The translations under genes and the position numbers were made by a program. Below, one piece after another: positions 50,203 through 64,000 of a stretch of DNA of 64,000 nucleotides (its first letter is position 1; every line of letters begins with the position of its first letter). Origin of the DNA: Geosiphon pyriformis uo1 (taxonomy: Eukaryota; Fungi; Glomeromycota); NCBI GenBank assembly GCA_016748015.1, contig JAAOMT010000183.1:805574-869573 (forward strand). Reading direction: 5' to 3'. The notes under the pieces are model-generated. The model had not been told where the DNA came from, made no database searches, and saw only the letters and a list, made by a program, of their open reading frames with translations.

Positions 50203-53200
50203 GTGGCAACTATTGGAACAATAGGAAAGGACCACTCCTCATATAAAAGAGCATTATTTCAATACTTTTGAAAAGTTCTAGAAATACCAACAGAAACCAC
50301 CATTGTAGAAAGTGATTTTTGCAACTATATCAATGCAAAAATCAACTGTTTGTTAGGCCGCACAACTGATACAAGAAGACTTGAAAAACAAATCTATTAA
50401 AGCTTACTAAGGTACTCAACAACTACTACTACTCGAGTGATTGCTGAAACCCTACACATAGTCGATATAGATATTAAACACTATGTAACAAAATGATTCC
50501 CTTAAGTACAACAACCAGTAAAATCCAATTTGGAGAAATATGAGTATGGATCTAATAATCTTACAACTGTCCAAGACAAATCCACAGTCAACAAGAAACC
50601 AAGGATCCTCTTCCCAACAACTCCATCATACTATCAGACATCCCAAAGTAAAATTGTATTCAACTCACCCCCGGAAATCCAGTTGGAAACATCACAAACT
50701 CCTGTAAACTCATACTCTTGAAATCAACAAAGTTGGAACAAATTACTGGGAAAATACAGATTGCTGTTTAGAAATCTTACTCCAGCAGCCGGTCAACTAG
50801 AAGAAAACACGTCAACTTGGGAACAGCCACTAGCACAAAACCCAACAAAATCAGCATCTCTCCTTACGGAAGGAACAGCTATCCTACAACCTATTGGTTT
50901 AAGTGACAAAGGGAAACAACCAGCATTAGCACCCAGAAAACACTCGAATACATAGACACCAATCTTTTTAAACATAACCAGTAACATCCCACCCATTAAT
51001 TAGATCATGGCTTACTGGAATATTGCTAAATTGGAAAAATTCTCTGGTGAAGAAGATAACGCATATTCTTGAATTGCAGATGCCAAAAAAGCAATTACCA
51101 TTAATGGTTAGAATAACAACCACACAATTCAGGGACTGCTGTTCTTTTTGACTGGAACCGCCAATTCGTAGTACCAGAGTCTTGCAGAGAAGCCTACCTC
51201 TTTTACAGAGTTTAAACTCACATTTCTGCAATACTTTTGTGACCCTAATACACTTATCCAATTGCAAAATCAATTCAGTATAATAAAACAAAACAACCAT
51301 AAAGCAGTAATTACTTATCTTGGAAGATTCAATTAGGTCCTTTGACAAATCCTAGCCATCAATCAGAATTATTATACCACCATGCAAGTCCTCAATCAAT
51401 TTGTCAAAAGACTAAAAAACAGCCTCCTAAGATCCATACAACCTCACCATCTGGCAAATCTACAAGAAGCAGTTATTCTCACTCGTGATTTTGAGTTGGT
51501 TGAACAAGAAGTAAACCATATTCAAGCCATTAATTTAGCCATCAATAGAACCTCTGACATTAATGCAAAGATAACCCAATTAAGTGAGAAATTAACTCAA
51601 AAAATTGAGCCACCACAACAGAGAGAAAATAATAACAACAGCAAATACTCACAGCAACAGAACTATTAGCAACAGCAACAACCTTAAAGATCCAATTTCC
51701 ACAACTGTTACTACTGCCAAAAACCTAGACACATTGCCCGTGACTGCAGAAAGAAGATAATAGACCAAAATCAGAGGAACCAATACCAGTGACCCAGATA
51801 TTAGCAAAGTATGGTACCCCAATATTCCATACCTCAGAATCAACTGCCTCAATATACATAACAAGTTCTGTACACTCAACCACTGTCCCAGAATTATTAT
51901 CAACTACCACCAATGATACAAGCAATTCCTCACTATTAAACTTCCTCTTACAGCCCATCCAGACCTCGAGCCATAGACTATAATCAGGGATAGAGGAATT
52001 CCAACAACAATCAGGTGCAAACCAACAGTAGACTGTCTCAACCAATCTCTCATGGTCCTGCCCAATCTTGACCAACACCAACTGGATACCCAAATCAAGC
52101 TTCCTATCTCGGTCTTATGGAAGACCAGAGTTTTAACAAATCTACACCTGTGGAAGGGGAGAATGTAGAACAAATCTCTCAACCTTCTAAGCAAACAAAA
52201 AGCAATATTTTACCAGCCACTATTACCAAAGACACCACCCTAGTCATGATATTTCTTTTTAACATTGATAATTTGAACACCCATAGCCTTTTTAGTGGAG
52301 CAGCCATCAATCAGAATAAACTAATAACGGCCCTATACACCAATGCCAGAGTTGAAGGAATAGACATTAAATTAATCCTGAATAATGGATCAGCTGGTAA
52401 CATAATTACGAAGCAGCTTATGGACTAACTAGGTCGCCAAATAGACCATGCTGCTACTGTCTGGATCATCACAGTGAATGGAAACACAAAAACCCTGATA
52501 AGAAAAATTGACAACTTTTCTTTTGAGATTAATGGAATTTAGATCCCTACCAAAGTACTCGTTATGGAAGCTACTCAATATCAAGCTCTAATAGGAAATG
52601 ATTGGTTGTCAAAAGCCAATACTACTCTTGACTGGAACACTCAAGAACTTCAACTTATGTTCAATGAACAGTATGCCCGAGTCCCAGCTATGTGCGGATA
52701 TTTTAAAACCCAACATACCAAGGAACCCCTTATTGAATTCGAAGACACACCACTGCCACCAACCATTGAGACCTATCAGGTTTCATGAGTGGATGATTAT
52801 CAAATTAAACTACCCCCACCACCAACCTGGGAAGAAAAAGAAAAAGGCAGAGCTGAAGAAAAGCCCCAATTGTCATTAATAGGATACATAACTTTGGACC
52901 AAAGAAATCTATTTTACCAATCTCCAAAACTAATATGTGTTAATTGTGGAAAGAAGCTATCCACTATGGGCACATGTATCAGAAACAACAAAAAATGGCT
53001 TACTGTCATCAAACACTACTGCAGACCTTGTTTACTGGAAAGATTTAGACGACCAAAATGACAAGGCAAGTAAAACAACATGCCATGTCTCACATGTGGC
53101 GAGATCCTGCCCAATGAAGAACTTTGGAATGATGTGCCTGGTAGAAGAGAAACATGTGACAAGGCTTGTCAATACACCATATTAATCAATGATTAGATAT

Positions 53201-55962
53201 GAAAGGGAACCTCTATTGAGGATGCTTGGAAACGAGCATTCAACAGATTGGATGATTATCCACACAATGACCATGAAATCTGGAGAATGGCAAGCACCAA
53301 AACCAAAGGTGCCATGCCTGAAGAGATACGAGAAATCAAAAATAACCCCTGAATGCCTGAATATAATGGACTTAACTACTCTGCAGACAATTTCTTCATG
53401 GATGACTCAGATGCATTTCAGAACTAATATCAGGAATTGGCCCCAACTCGAAAAGAATAAGAGCAAAGATTAGCCAATTTGAATACCAAACTGTGCAATC
53501 ACTGTTTGATCCTCTGTCACTTCCAGTACTGTGACAAATGTGATCTCATGTTCAATCTGCCTCCAAAAATAGTGTTTCTAATCACCAAACTACTTGAGCC
53601 TGAAGAAGAAGAGGTATTGATCACCAAGGACATGTTGTTTCAAGAGCCAACAGAGGATACTGAAACAGAACAGTATCTCACATATCCCAATCTATCCAAA
53701 AAATTAAAGCTAAAATGGTACAGTGACAATGAGAAAGGAATCTGCCCCAAAAAAGCACATAATACCAATGCCAGTTTCGACTTATAATATCCTGAACAAT
53801 CACCCATTATTATAGCCCCATATTTTCTTGTAAAAATAGATCTTAAAATAGTGTTAGAAATTCCTGTTAGTACAATGATACAAGTTGTCTTTCAATCTAG
53901 TCTAGCCAAAAAAGAAATTGATGTAAAAGAAGGAATTATCGATGCTGGTTACACGGGAAACATTATTGTAATGCTACAGAACAATTCGGACAGACCCTAC
54001 AAAATAGAATTACAAGAAAAAATTGTCCAAGCTATTGTCCTACTCTTAGTTAAAATACCCCAATTAACCCCAGTAACAACCCGAGAAGAATTAGCCCTCA
54101 CTGCCCAAGGAATCAATGGGTTTGGATCAAGTGGAAGAGGAAACATACTAGTTAATTTCATGAAAGAAGACAGTAACTAGGTAGAATTTATCTACACTAA
54201 CATTATCATCTCCATTCTCCCATACTGACAATACATTCTCAAAATGAATCAAAAGATCCAAGATCAAGTCCTGTTATTCAAAGCCAGTTTTGAAATCTGT
54301 TCCCTAGCTGATGTTGCTAATCTATACTTACTGGCCAAAGTCCATAAACACTTCAAAATCCCCATCCACAATCCAACAGAAGATGTCATTGAAATCCCCA
54401 AAGAGATTCTCATCGGTTTTATATCTGCAGATATTCAGAATCCTGAAAAACCCCAGTTCATTCCAGACTTCGCACAATTATTTTTATTCTGTGACATTAT
54501 CTCACAAGTATGGAATTTGCCAAAAGAAAGTTACTTGTTCACACCAGAAGAAATTAATAAATTGAATTTAGGAAACTTAAGTACCTTGCAACAAATACAA
54601 CTCAAAGTCCTTCTGAATCAGCATGCTGATGTCTTTGCCAGTGAAAATAAATTTGGACGCACTGACATTGTAAAGCATCAGATTAATACAGAAGACACTC
54701 AACCAATTAAACAACAAACTTACTGCGTACTCCTATCTGGTAATAATCTAATTAAGCAAGAAGTGCAATGAATGCTTAATAATGGCCTAATCAAAAAATT
54801 GTTAAGCCCTTGGTCTTTTCCAGTAGTCCTGGTCACCAAGAAAAATAGTAAGGTATGATTCTGCATGGATTACTGAAAATTAAATAGTATCATGCAAAAA
54901 GATAGTTATCACACTCCTCTCATTCAAGAAATTCTGGACAATCTAAGAAAAAAGAAATGGTTCTCGTTATTAGATCTAGCAAGTGGTTATTGGCAAGTTG
55001 AAATGGACTCCAAAGACAAAAGAAAAACAGTGTTTACCACTCGAGACAGAAACTTTGAGTTTAACGTAATGCCTTTTGGACTTTGTAATGCTCCTGCCAT
55101 GTTTTAACTCCTGATGGATGTAGTATACAAAGAAATCCTTTGGAAATCAGTAGTAGTCTACCTAAACGACACAAACGTGTTCTCCAAAACATTCAATGAC
55201 CATTTGCTCCACCTGCAACAAGTCTTCGAATGCCTTTATAGTGCTGAATTGAAACTCAATCCTGAGAAGTGCTTCTTTGGAAAAACCGAGTTAAAGTTCT
55301 TAGGACATGTAATCAGCAAGAATAGAGTTAAACCTAATCCAAATAAAGTACAAAAAGTCAAGGATTTTCTAGTCCCAATCAACCTCAGAGAATTACGAGG
55401 ATTTTTAAAATTGGCAGGATATTATCGCCAATTTGTCAAAGATTTCTCGAACATTGCAAAACCACTCCATCAATTGTTGTCCAAATACATATCATACTTG
55501 TGGAAAAAAGATCAACAGAAAGCATTTGACTATCTCAAGCAGCAATTGATCACATCCTCCATTCTGATCTACTCAGATTTTACTAAATGGTTTATTGTCA
55601 CTACAGATGCCTCAAAAAATGCTCTAGAAACAGTATTATCTCAAATAGGACTGGACAATAGAGAACATTCAGTTGCTTACACCAGTCACAGCACAAGCCC
55701 AGCAGAAAAGAATTACAGCACAACAGATCTGAAATGTCTCACCATTTATTGGGCTGTACAGACTTGGAAACATTACTTCAGTCAACTATTTGACCTATAT
55801 ACCAATCACAAAAGACTTATTTGGTTACTTAATAATCCACAATTAGAAAAAAAATATGTGAGATGGAGTACTTATCTGCAACAATTCTCACTCAAAGTTC
55901 ATTACAAGGAAGAATTCAAGAACACCAATGCTGACAGTTTGTTGAGGATGCCACAAACCTAA
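50203..55962 (+). pseudogene. Element D Gag-PR-Cys-rich-dUTPase-RT-RNaseH ORF (one frame, ~1920 codons, point stops)
   Basis: The domain-bearing track ORFs at 50530, 51382, 52117, 52564, 52789, 53479, 53851, 54244, 54892 and 55114 share the frame of the GTG at 50203. Ends NADSLLRMPQT*. Confidence 0.93.
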
Positions 55963-55972
55963 TTCCAGACTC

Positions 55973-57340
55973 ATAGACACATTCATTTATCAATGACTAC
56001 ATCAGTACCTATCTATACTACATTTCAAGAAGATATTATCTCAACAGGAACAAAGTACCATAAAAAAACAAGCCCAAAATTATTTTATTCAAGACAACCA
56101 ACTATATCAATGAGAATGTTAAAACCACTCCACCCCATAATGATTAATCAAGGACAATGAAAGAAAAACTATACTATATAGTATGCACTCAGATTCGACA
56201 TCAGGACACTTTAACAAAGATGCTATCCTCAAAAGAACACTAAATTTATACTATTGGCCAACAATGTACAAAGACATTTTCGAATACATGCTCAATTGTG
56301 ATGCATGCCAGTGAAGAGGAGAAACAAGATCAACAGAACCACTTTGACCCATTCCAGTTGAAAATCCATTTGATAGAATTGGGATCAATTTGGTTGGTCC
56401 TCTCTTAATTACATCCAAAGGAAATCAGTATATTACTGTAGCCATTGATTATCTTATAAAATGGCCAGAAGCCAGAGCAATTCAAGTGGCTGATGCTAAA
56501 ACAGTAGCTAAATTCATACATCAAGACTTAATTTGCTGACATGGATGTCTGAAAGAATTGTTATCCAATCAAGGAACGCATTTTGTCAATAATATGTTAA
56601 CAGAATTAAGCCAATGGTTTGGTATAAAACATTCTTTATTGTCATCATACCACCCACAAACTAATGGACTGGTAGAATGATTTAACTGAACACTGTGTGA
56701 AGTACTAGCAAAAATAAGTCAAGAAAATGAACAAGAATAAGACCTATTTATATCTTCAGTACTCTTTGCATACTGAACACTAAAGCAAAATATGACACAC
56801 TTCACACCATTTAAACTAGTCTATGGAAGGAAAGCTATGTTACCTATTGAATGAGAAATATTGTCCTACCCAACAGAAACAATTACCAAAGAGAATTTTA
56901 AACCTACTTTGTACCACAGAACATACCAGCTAATGGAAACATTAGAAAACAATCAAAGAACAGCAGCTAATAACATTAGTAATGCTTAAAAATGACAAAA
57001 AAAAAGACATGACAATCACCTATCTGAACAACCAATGGAATTCAAGATTGAAAACCAGATACTAGTACATCATACAAAAGCTAAGAAATAGTGGAGTAGA
57101 AAGTTTGACCCAAAGTGGGACAGTCCATTCCACATACACAAAACTTTAAAAAATGGAGCTTACAAACTACAATTGGAAGACAGGATTTTAAAAAAAATAG
57201 CACATGGAAATCAGTTAAAATTTTATCATGCAAAACAAAAATTATTGTCATCAGTATCTCAATTAGGAACACAAATTTTATTAATCAAACCAGAAGATAT
57301 ACCATGAGATCTGGAACCAATCATCATTATTAAAACATAA
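55973..57340 (+). pseudogene. Element D integrase ORF (decayed), +1 frame relative to pol
   Basis: MHSDSTSGHF...CDAC, IDYLIKWPEA, QGTHF and WDSPF; ends DLEPIIIIKT*. Confidence 0.9.
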
Positions 57341-57420
57341 ACAATGTGCAGCAAATTAAATTGAGAAATTCAAATATATATAGTATCTAAAAAGCAACAA
57401 GAAACAATAGAAATTTCAAC

Positions 57421-58155
57421 ATAGACCTTTCAGATCAAATTTTAAAATTATCTAAACAATTATTTGAAACAATTCAAAAATTGACATCTCAAATAAAAAT
57501 AACAATTGATAAAAAAGAAATATGATACAAAGATAAGAGCAGGAGAGAGGAGGACAAAAGTTCAATTAGAACTAAATATTCCCTTCTCTACTCACCATCT
57601 AAAAGACAATGTTAGAAAAAAAATTGCTTTTGGGCAGAAGGTAAAGAAGAAAGAAACAAAAAACAAGAAAAAAATTACAAAAAAAGATATTTGGTCCCCA
57701 AGTTCGAAGAAATAAAAGAAGCTTTAGCTTGTGGGACCAAACTCCTCGAAACAGGGGAGTAGACACCTGACAATGCCCAAAAATAGAAAGAAAGACTTCC
57801 TCCAGCTTATTGGTTCTACAAAATTGGAGAACAGCTTAACTTAAAGACACTATACAAAGACCTTAGCCAGAAAACGTTCAACAAAGAAACAATACAACAA
57901 GTAGAAAAATTCATAGGGAAAAACAATCTGACCCTACATTACAAAGCAGCATACTGACTATATGTTGCCTTCCAACATTGTTCAAATGTACTACTGAACA
58001 GATCTATGAAAACCATAACAATTAACAACATAGGACGAATAACCAATCAACAGTTTAAAGACCTACAAAAAGCAATATTTGAGACAACAATCGAACATTA
58101 CACAAATGAAGCCACAATAACAGATACATATGGTTTTGCAGGAGTTCAATTTTAA
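57421..58155 (+). pseudogene. Element D ORF3 (decayed)
   Basis: (M)DLSDQILKLSKQLFETI...WFYKIGEQL...KAAY*LYVAF...IGRITNQQFKDL aligns with B ORF3. Confidence 0.8.
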
Positions 58156-61100
58156 AAAGAGAGGGATTATGTTACCCAAGTAAAAAAACTGATCCAAAGT
58201 TATGAAAAAACATAACATAATATAGAATAGTGCAATAACATTGGATAATATGTTATAATGTAGGATAATGTGTTATAATGCAGGATAACACAAAATAGCA
58301 TGCAATAACGTAGAATAATGTGTTATAATGCAGAATAACACAGAATAACATGTAATAACATCAGATAACGTGTTATAACATAGGATAACTAGCAATAACA
58401 TAGAAAAACAAAGCAATAACAGAAATAACAAAGCAATAGCTAGCGATAGTGAAACAATTGAAAGCAATCCTATAAAACCAAAAGAATGTATAAAAGCAAA
58501 TAGTTATAGAAGTTAGAAAAGGCAGACAGACAGATAGATACAAACTTCTAGACAAGAATCAAATATCTATACCCCTTCATCATTTATTATCCTCCCTATT
58601 TCATTTTCTGAAATAAACCAATTATTAAAGAAATCAGAGTCACAAATTCATGTTCCCAAACTTTGTGGAATTTACATGAATTAACTCTTGTCTCGTATCT
58701 TCATTCTAGAACAGATGCTTTTAGCATAACTGCTTCGAACAATCAACGATTTGGACCAATTGCTTTTGATTATGGCAATTGACAATACTAATCTATCTTT
58801 TCTTTTTTTTCTTTTTTTTTTCTTTTCCTTTTTTTTTCTTTTTCTTTCTTATTTTTTTTGTGGAGCAGCAACATAGTAAAATCGACTGTCTGGGAATAGA
58901 CTTCATGATAGTCTGGTAAAAGAGGGAAGCTTCTTCTAAGTTTTGGATATTAATGTTATCTTGTTAGCTTACTAGAAGGACGAAAAGACAATGCCAGATC
59001 CTAATGACTGCACTTGTTAGCTCAGAGAAAAAAGCTCACATTTATGGAAAATATTGCAATTGATGAAAAACAAACTCTGTGCCTTATAACAAAAGAACTC
59101 AATGGATAAATCCACATCCAGGAATAGATCTTCAGAGACTGATAATCAAGACTAAGCCAACAAAATTATGCGAAAGACACATTATCAATAATTAAGAACA
59201 CTAAATGTTACTATTTTCCATATCCACTAAGTTTACTTGTAACAACAGGCACTAAAGACACTAAATTTATACTGTTTAATTTATGCACAATGTTAGATAC
59301 TTGATTAGCCAACAGCTTTAAGAAATATTTCAAGGAGGCCAAACAAACATTAAAAGATAAACTATTCTGAACAACAGACAAACTTTTTAAACTGTATAAT
59401 ATACCAAAAAAAAAAAACCAAGACCAAAGTGAGTATTTTTAGAAAATACAGTAAATAAAACCACTTGGGCCCAAAATTTGCCACCAAAAGCAGTAAATGT
59501 ATCTGTTATATTGCACTCCAAAACAGAATGCTTAAATTTCTTATACTTTTTACACCAAATCAAATTCAACTTAATCCATAAGAGTTTTATACTACCAAAA
59601 ATAAATTTTATGTGAAAGACAAACTCCAGATTTTTATTTAATTTAAAACCAATCACAGTACAGCAAACCCAGTTGTTAGTTTTAAGTAAATAATTAATAA
59701 TACAGGTTTTTTTACCAGTCCTTTCCAATAGATTACTCAGATTATGCACCATTGTTTTCATAGATAAAATAAATAAAAGTGCTTTAAACCAATCTCTAAA
59801 TATCCAAATTTCATGATTTTTTACAGTTTTAATTATATATACTAAATTTTTTTTAATTAGAAATAATTATTTTGAGACTAACTAATTTGTCTGGCTTGAT
59901 TCAACAAACTTTACTACAGTTTTTTATTATATTCCAATAAATTGCAATTTAATTAACACAATTTAACCATACTTAACAACTATGACAATAATTATTTCTT
60001 TTGGTATGTTCATAAGAATTTTTTTAATCACTACAGTCTAGTCTAATCTAATCTGATTTCTTGTTTTTTAAAATTACTGTTTATTACAATACTTTTTTTC
60101 TTGGCCAATAATGTAACTTTTTCTATGTTTTTTTCTGATGTAAACATAGATTTGATAATTTTTTCAAATTTTGAAAAAATAGTGGCCTCCCAAAACCATT
60201 AATTATTAAGAATAATTTCTAAATTATTTAAGTCTTTACCATAACTGATTTTTTTTTTACCATAGAAAAATTAACAGATATTTTAATTTGAGTTTTGATA
60301 ATCTTAGAATCAATCCATTTTTTGTTAAGAAAAATGTTAAGAAGAAGGAGAAAAAATTCTTTATCTTTATCTATATCAAAGTTAATTATATTAATAGGAA
60401 AGCTATTATTTAAACACATATTAATTTTCTTAACTTTAAGGGTTATTACAGCTAAACCAAAAAAAAAACTATTATCTAAACTTATAGTAACAGCACCAAT
60501 CTTATTGTTACTAAACTTACTATTTATATTTGAATATATACTATTATTAATATTAGATTTAACCAAAAAAATTTGTTTTTTATTTTCAGAATATTTAATA
60601 TTACCAACAGAGATTCTCTTTCTTTGAGAGAAAGTATTACTAACAAAACCATAAAAAGCATTCTTGAAAGTCTTTTTCTTTGACATATTACTATTTGTAG
60701 TAGTCTTTAGGTTTATTATAAAAGAATTATTAGCTTGAAAAATATTAAAAGTAATATAAGTAAAAAAATAAAAACAAAAACTTTTTTTTTTGAAAAAATT
60801 GCTCTTTAGAGAATTTGGACATAGGAGAGAAAAAAGTTTTTTATACTCATTAAATTAATAAAAAAAATAAAAAAAAGTTGTCTTAATATAAAATTAATAC
60901 TTTTTTAAATTAACAAAAAACTTATATATTATATTAAAATTATTTAAATATATTAATTATTTATATATTAAATTTATTAATTAAATTATAAACTTATTTA
61001 GTATATTATTTTTTTAAAAATTATTAATTTAAATAATTAAATTTAAAATTTGGTTATATATTAATAAGAATATATAAAATTTTTAAAATATAATAAAGTT

Positions 61101-62668
61101 TATTATTATTAGATTACATATATTAATTTTTAATTTCTATTAATATTTTTTAATTGTTAGATTTTTTATATTCAATTTAGTTAAATAGATTATATTATAA
61201 TTAAGTTAATTATCAATCCTTTATTTTTTATTTGTCAACTAATTTTATTGATTAAATATGGTAATATAAATTTTTTATATGATTTTAATAATAATTTTTA
61301 TAATATATATTGTAATTTTTGCATTAAAAAGTATGAAAATCTATTAATAATCACACAAAAAAATTAAATATTAAATATTAAAAATTATTATAATATTGAA
61401 TTTTTGTTTTTTATATAAAAAATTCCAATTTAAAAATCTTGAAATTAAGAAATTTTTTAAAATAATTATTATATAACAATATCAAATTATAAAAATTTAT
61501 TTATAATAATAATTATAAATTAAAATCAAAGTTATTAAAACCAAAAAACAACAGTAAAAACTATAATAACAAAATTGTAAACATAAACTTTAATATTAAT
61601 AATATAACAATATTTGAATAAATTAAAATAATTTTAATTTAGCAAATATATTATTATTGTTATTGTTTAAAACAAAAAAAAATTAATATTATAATTAATA
61701 AAAACATTAAAAAAAGCATTAATTTTCAAAAAAGACAAGTTTTTTAAAATTATATAAAATAATATATTTTAAAAGAATTTACAATAATAGTAACAATATA
61801 TTAAAATTAATTTTAATATTGTTTTCAAAAAATTTAACCAACAAACAAAAATAATAATTAAAATAATTAAAAACTGCTTTGTTTTTTAAATATTTAAGAA
61901 AAATATTTTTATAATATTCATTTAACGAGTGAGGTCCAAACACCACTTAGAACTATACATCAAGGAAATGATCTAAACTAAGCGTGAATCATGCATTTTC
62001 TACACGTGACCATTTATAATATTTTGTTTATTCGTTTTTATAACTGAAAAAATATTTAAAGTTGTAATATTTTTAACTTATATTTTGGTTTATTTAATTT
62101 ATATTTTGGTTTATTTAATTAATAAAAATAAAAATTTATTTATTTATTTACTGTTTATTTGTCAATGTTTTATTTAAGTTATTTTTTATTGTTTTGTTAA
62201 TATTGTTACAAACCAAAATTTTCAAATTTCAAATAATACAACTTAAAAATATATATGTTTATTTATTTTTATTTATTATTTATTATTTATTATTTTAAAT
62301 ATTATTTATAAGATTGTTATTTTTGATTATAAAAAACAATTTGATTTTAATAACAAAATTTAAAAAGCTATTTTATTTTGTTAAAAAAACTTATATTGTA
62401 ATAAACAGACTTAAAAAATAAAATAAAATTTTACTGTATAATAACATAAAATTATTGATTATTAATATAAATAAATTATGTATTTGAATACATGAATACA
62501 TTTTATTTTACTTAAAAATGTTTTTTAAAAGTATACATTTTGTTATATTTAAAAAAAAGCTCATTACATCGCTTTTTGTCTTCCAACCAATTACTTATGT
62601 TTTGGTTGATTGGTCAAGAAATTTATTGAATGTCACTTTGACTTCGGTTGCGAGTAACTCATATAAAA

Positions 62669-63195
62669 ATGGCAAAGTGGATTGCTGTGGCAACTGGTTT
62701 TATCACTTCTTCAGCTTTATTATATAATTTCCAACATGACATTGACAGTAATACTGGAGAAATACGTAAGAGACTTCGCAAGTCACAGGTTCGTTTAGAG
62801 ACCGCTTTACCTGGTTCATGGAGAAATATTCCTGGGGAAAAGGTAATTTGATACTAGAATAAACCAAGTGGCTAAAAATAGTTCAAGGCACTAAATAATT
62901 AGTCTTTTATTTAAATTTTATTTTTCTCTTAAAAAACCCGTCTTGAATTCTTGGTAAATAGTTGTTCACTTACAAGTTAACTTCCTCGAGACGCAAAACG
63001 CCAAATGAGCGTCCCAAAATACCGTTTCCCACCTTATCCCAGACACGAAATCACATAAATCAACGTTTTATACCCACTTTTAAATCAACATGGAATGAAC
63101 ACATTGCTAGCCTTGCTAATCGATTGAATAATTTGGAGATAAAGGAGTTGGGAAAATTTGCAAGAGATTTCACTCTAGATCAATGGCAGAAATGA
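62669..63195 (+). CDS. Small mitochondrial membrane protein, MICOS Mic12/Aim5-like, 2 exons
   Basis: N-terminal TM (WIAVATGFITSSALLY) and C-terminal K.TWNE.I motif. Intron ~62843-62976. Confidence 0.55.
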
Positions 63196-63369
63196 AATTC
63201 TTAATCTACAAGCTATTATTTTAATATTCTGTGAGTCACTAAAAAATAGTTTGCTAAAATACATTATAATTCAGAATTTTGATTGTTGAATCAGCTAACG
63301 ATTTTTAACGCGACCTGTAAAATCCTATATAAGTGAGAATTGTGCATTGCAGAAAAACCTCGAATTACC

Positions 63370-64000
63370 ATGCTTGTTTTAACGCGTTCCCTGTCGTTAA
63401 CGTCAATAAAACATATATGGCGTCTAAGAAACTTCAGTAACCTTCAGCGAAAAAGTCATTGGAAGAACACTTGCTTCATTGATCCGAGGAATAAGCAATT
63501 GTCAACGAGGACTTCAGAACCGAGTAGGTTTAGTCAGTCTAAGAGATGTCTCGTCTCGATAAAGCGCTGACCAAGTACCCCAACAATCTTATCCAAAATA
63601 CTTTTACTTTTTATCCAACTTCCAGTCCGAGGTTTCAATTAGTGTTAAAAGGCGGGATGATAAAAAGGAGATATACATAGATCATTTCTCTGATACTTTC
63701 CGTTGAAAACTTATCGATAAGGAAATTTTAGGTAAATAAATCTTGGTCAGCGCTTTAAGATAGTGCAAGTTGTCTTAAATTTCTATTTCTAATATTATTG
63801 ATCGGTGACTATTAATTACCTCGCAGGAATTATTAATGAATTTGGTGTAGAAATGCTTCCAAATTGGCTTTACAAACAAATTTTCAAACGTACAGAACGT
63901 CCAAGAATTTCTCGTACTCGTTCTCAAATAGCAAAAAGTCATCTCAAGAAACAGGGACTAGCAAATAAAGTGTCCGAAGAATTCCCACACCTCGATCAAT
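63370..64000 (+). CDS. MIP1: Mitochondrial DNA polymerase gamma, 5' part (runs off the window)
   Basis: Basic presequence-like N-terminus, then exon NEFGVEMLPNWLYKQIF...AKSHLKKQGL, which resembles the fungal Mip1 N-terminal motif. Confidence 0.7.

Larger units (their letters stand above)
49079..59244 (+). mobile_element. Ty3/gypsy LTR retrotransposon D
   Basis: LTRs 49079-50141 and 58170-59244. TSD ACAG at 49075-49078 and 59245-59248. PBS TGGTGCTCCCTGTGAGGTT at 50144-50162. PPT ~58154-58169. Confidence 0.97.
41690..60830 (-). mobile_element. Degenerate non-LTR retrotransposon (LINE): ORF1 + APE endonuclease-RT-RNaseH-Zn knuckle; interrupted by solo LTRs G and F and by element D
   Basis: ORF1 remnants 59387-60686 and 48798-49052. 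Endonuclease start WKFA.CNV near 48790. RT 'GVFVNNTIWI' (decayed AFVDD) at ~46480-46510. RNase H DVFTDGSL at ~43075-43100. C-terminal CLLC...H at ~42320-42355. Ends are approximate. Confidence 0.85.

Noticed and set aside
49795-50205. Apparent reading frame through the D 5' LTR into gag (stops look like CAA>TAA decay)
   Set aside because: The TAA in the terminal GTAACA is a fixed LTR end in all copies, and conserved LTR motifs fall in different frames in E and D. Conservation is better explained by RNA structure.
60830-62520. Extremely AT-rich 1.7-kb tract (also 32480-32870)
   Set aside because: No recognisable motif or periodicity; most likely terminally decayed repeat DNA.

Overview
AT-rich, intron-containing fungal genomic DNA; the repeat families and gene style suggest Glomeromycotina/Mucoromycota, but this is inference. 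About 80% of the window is nested transposons. There are four full-length Ty3/gypsy LTR retrotransposons of one unusual lineage: A 3118-32474 (-), with B 12571-22031 (-) and C 22260-32306 (-) inserted in its 5' LTR, and D 49079-59244 (+). There are also three solo LTRs, a degenerate RNase H-bearing LINE hosting D and two of the solo LTRs, a Tc1/mariner remnant, and a TIR element carrying a USP-like protease fragment. Host gene islands: VPS23/TSG101, a stand-alone SRA/YDG protein, a small membrane protein and a SET-domain protein (32.9-38.7 kb); a MIC12-like gene and the 5' end of mitochondrial DNA polymerase gamma (62.6-64 kb). The main discovery is the shared architecture of the gypsy lineage. 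A long structured LTR leader has a U5 stem that base-pairs with the PBS. A conserved AAA-GTG-G codon opens one Gag-PR-[Cys-rich]-dUTPase-[dUTPase-like]-RT-RNaseH ORF. A stop follows RNase H in all four copies, so integrase is a separate ORF. A conserved non-Env ORF3 abuts the PPT. Insertions make 4-bp TSDs with an orientation-specific NCAK consensus. Repeats, but not host genes, show heavy C>T/G>A hypermutation.
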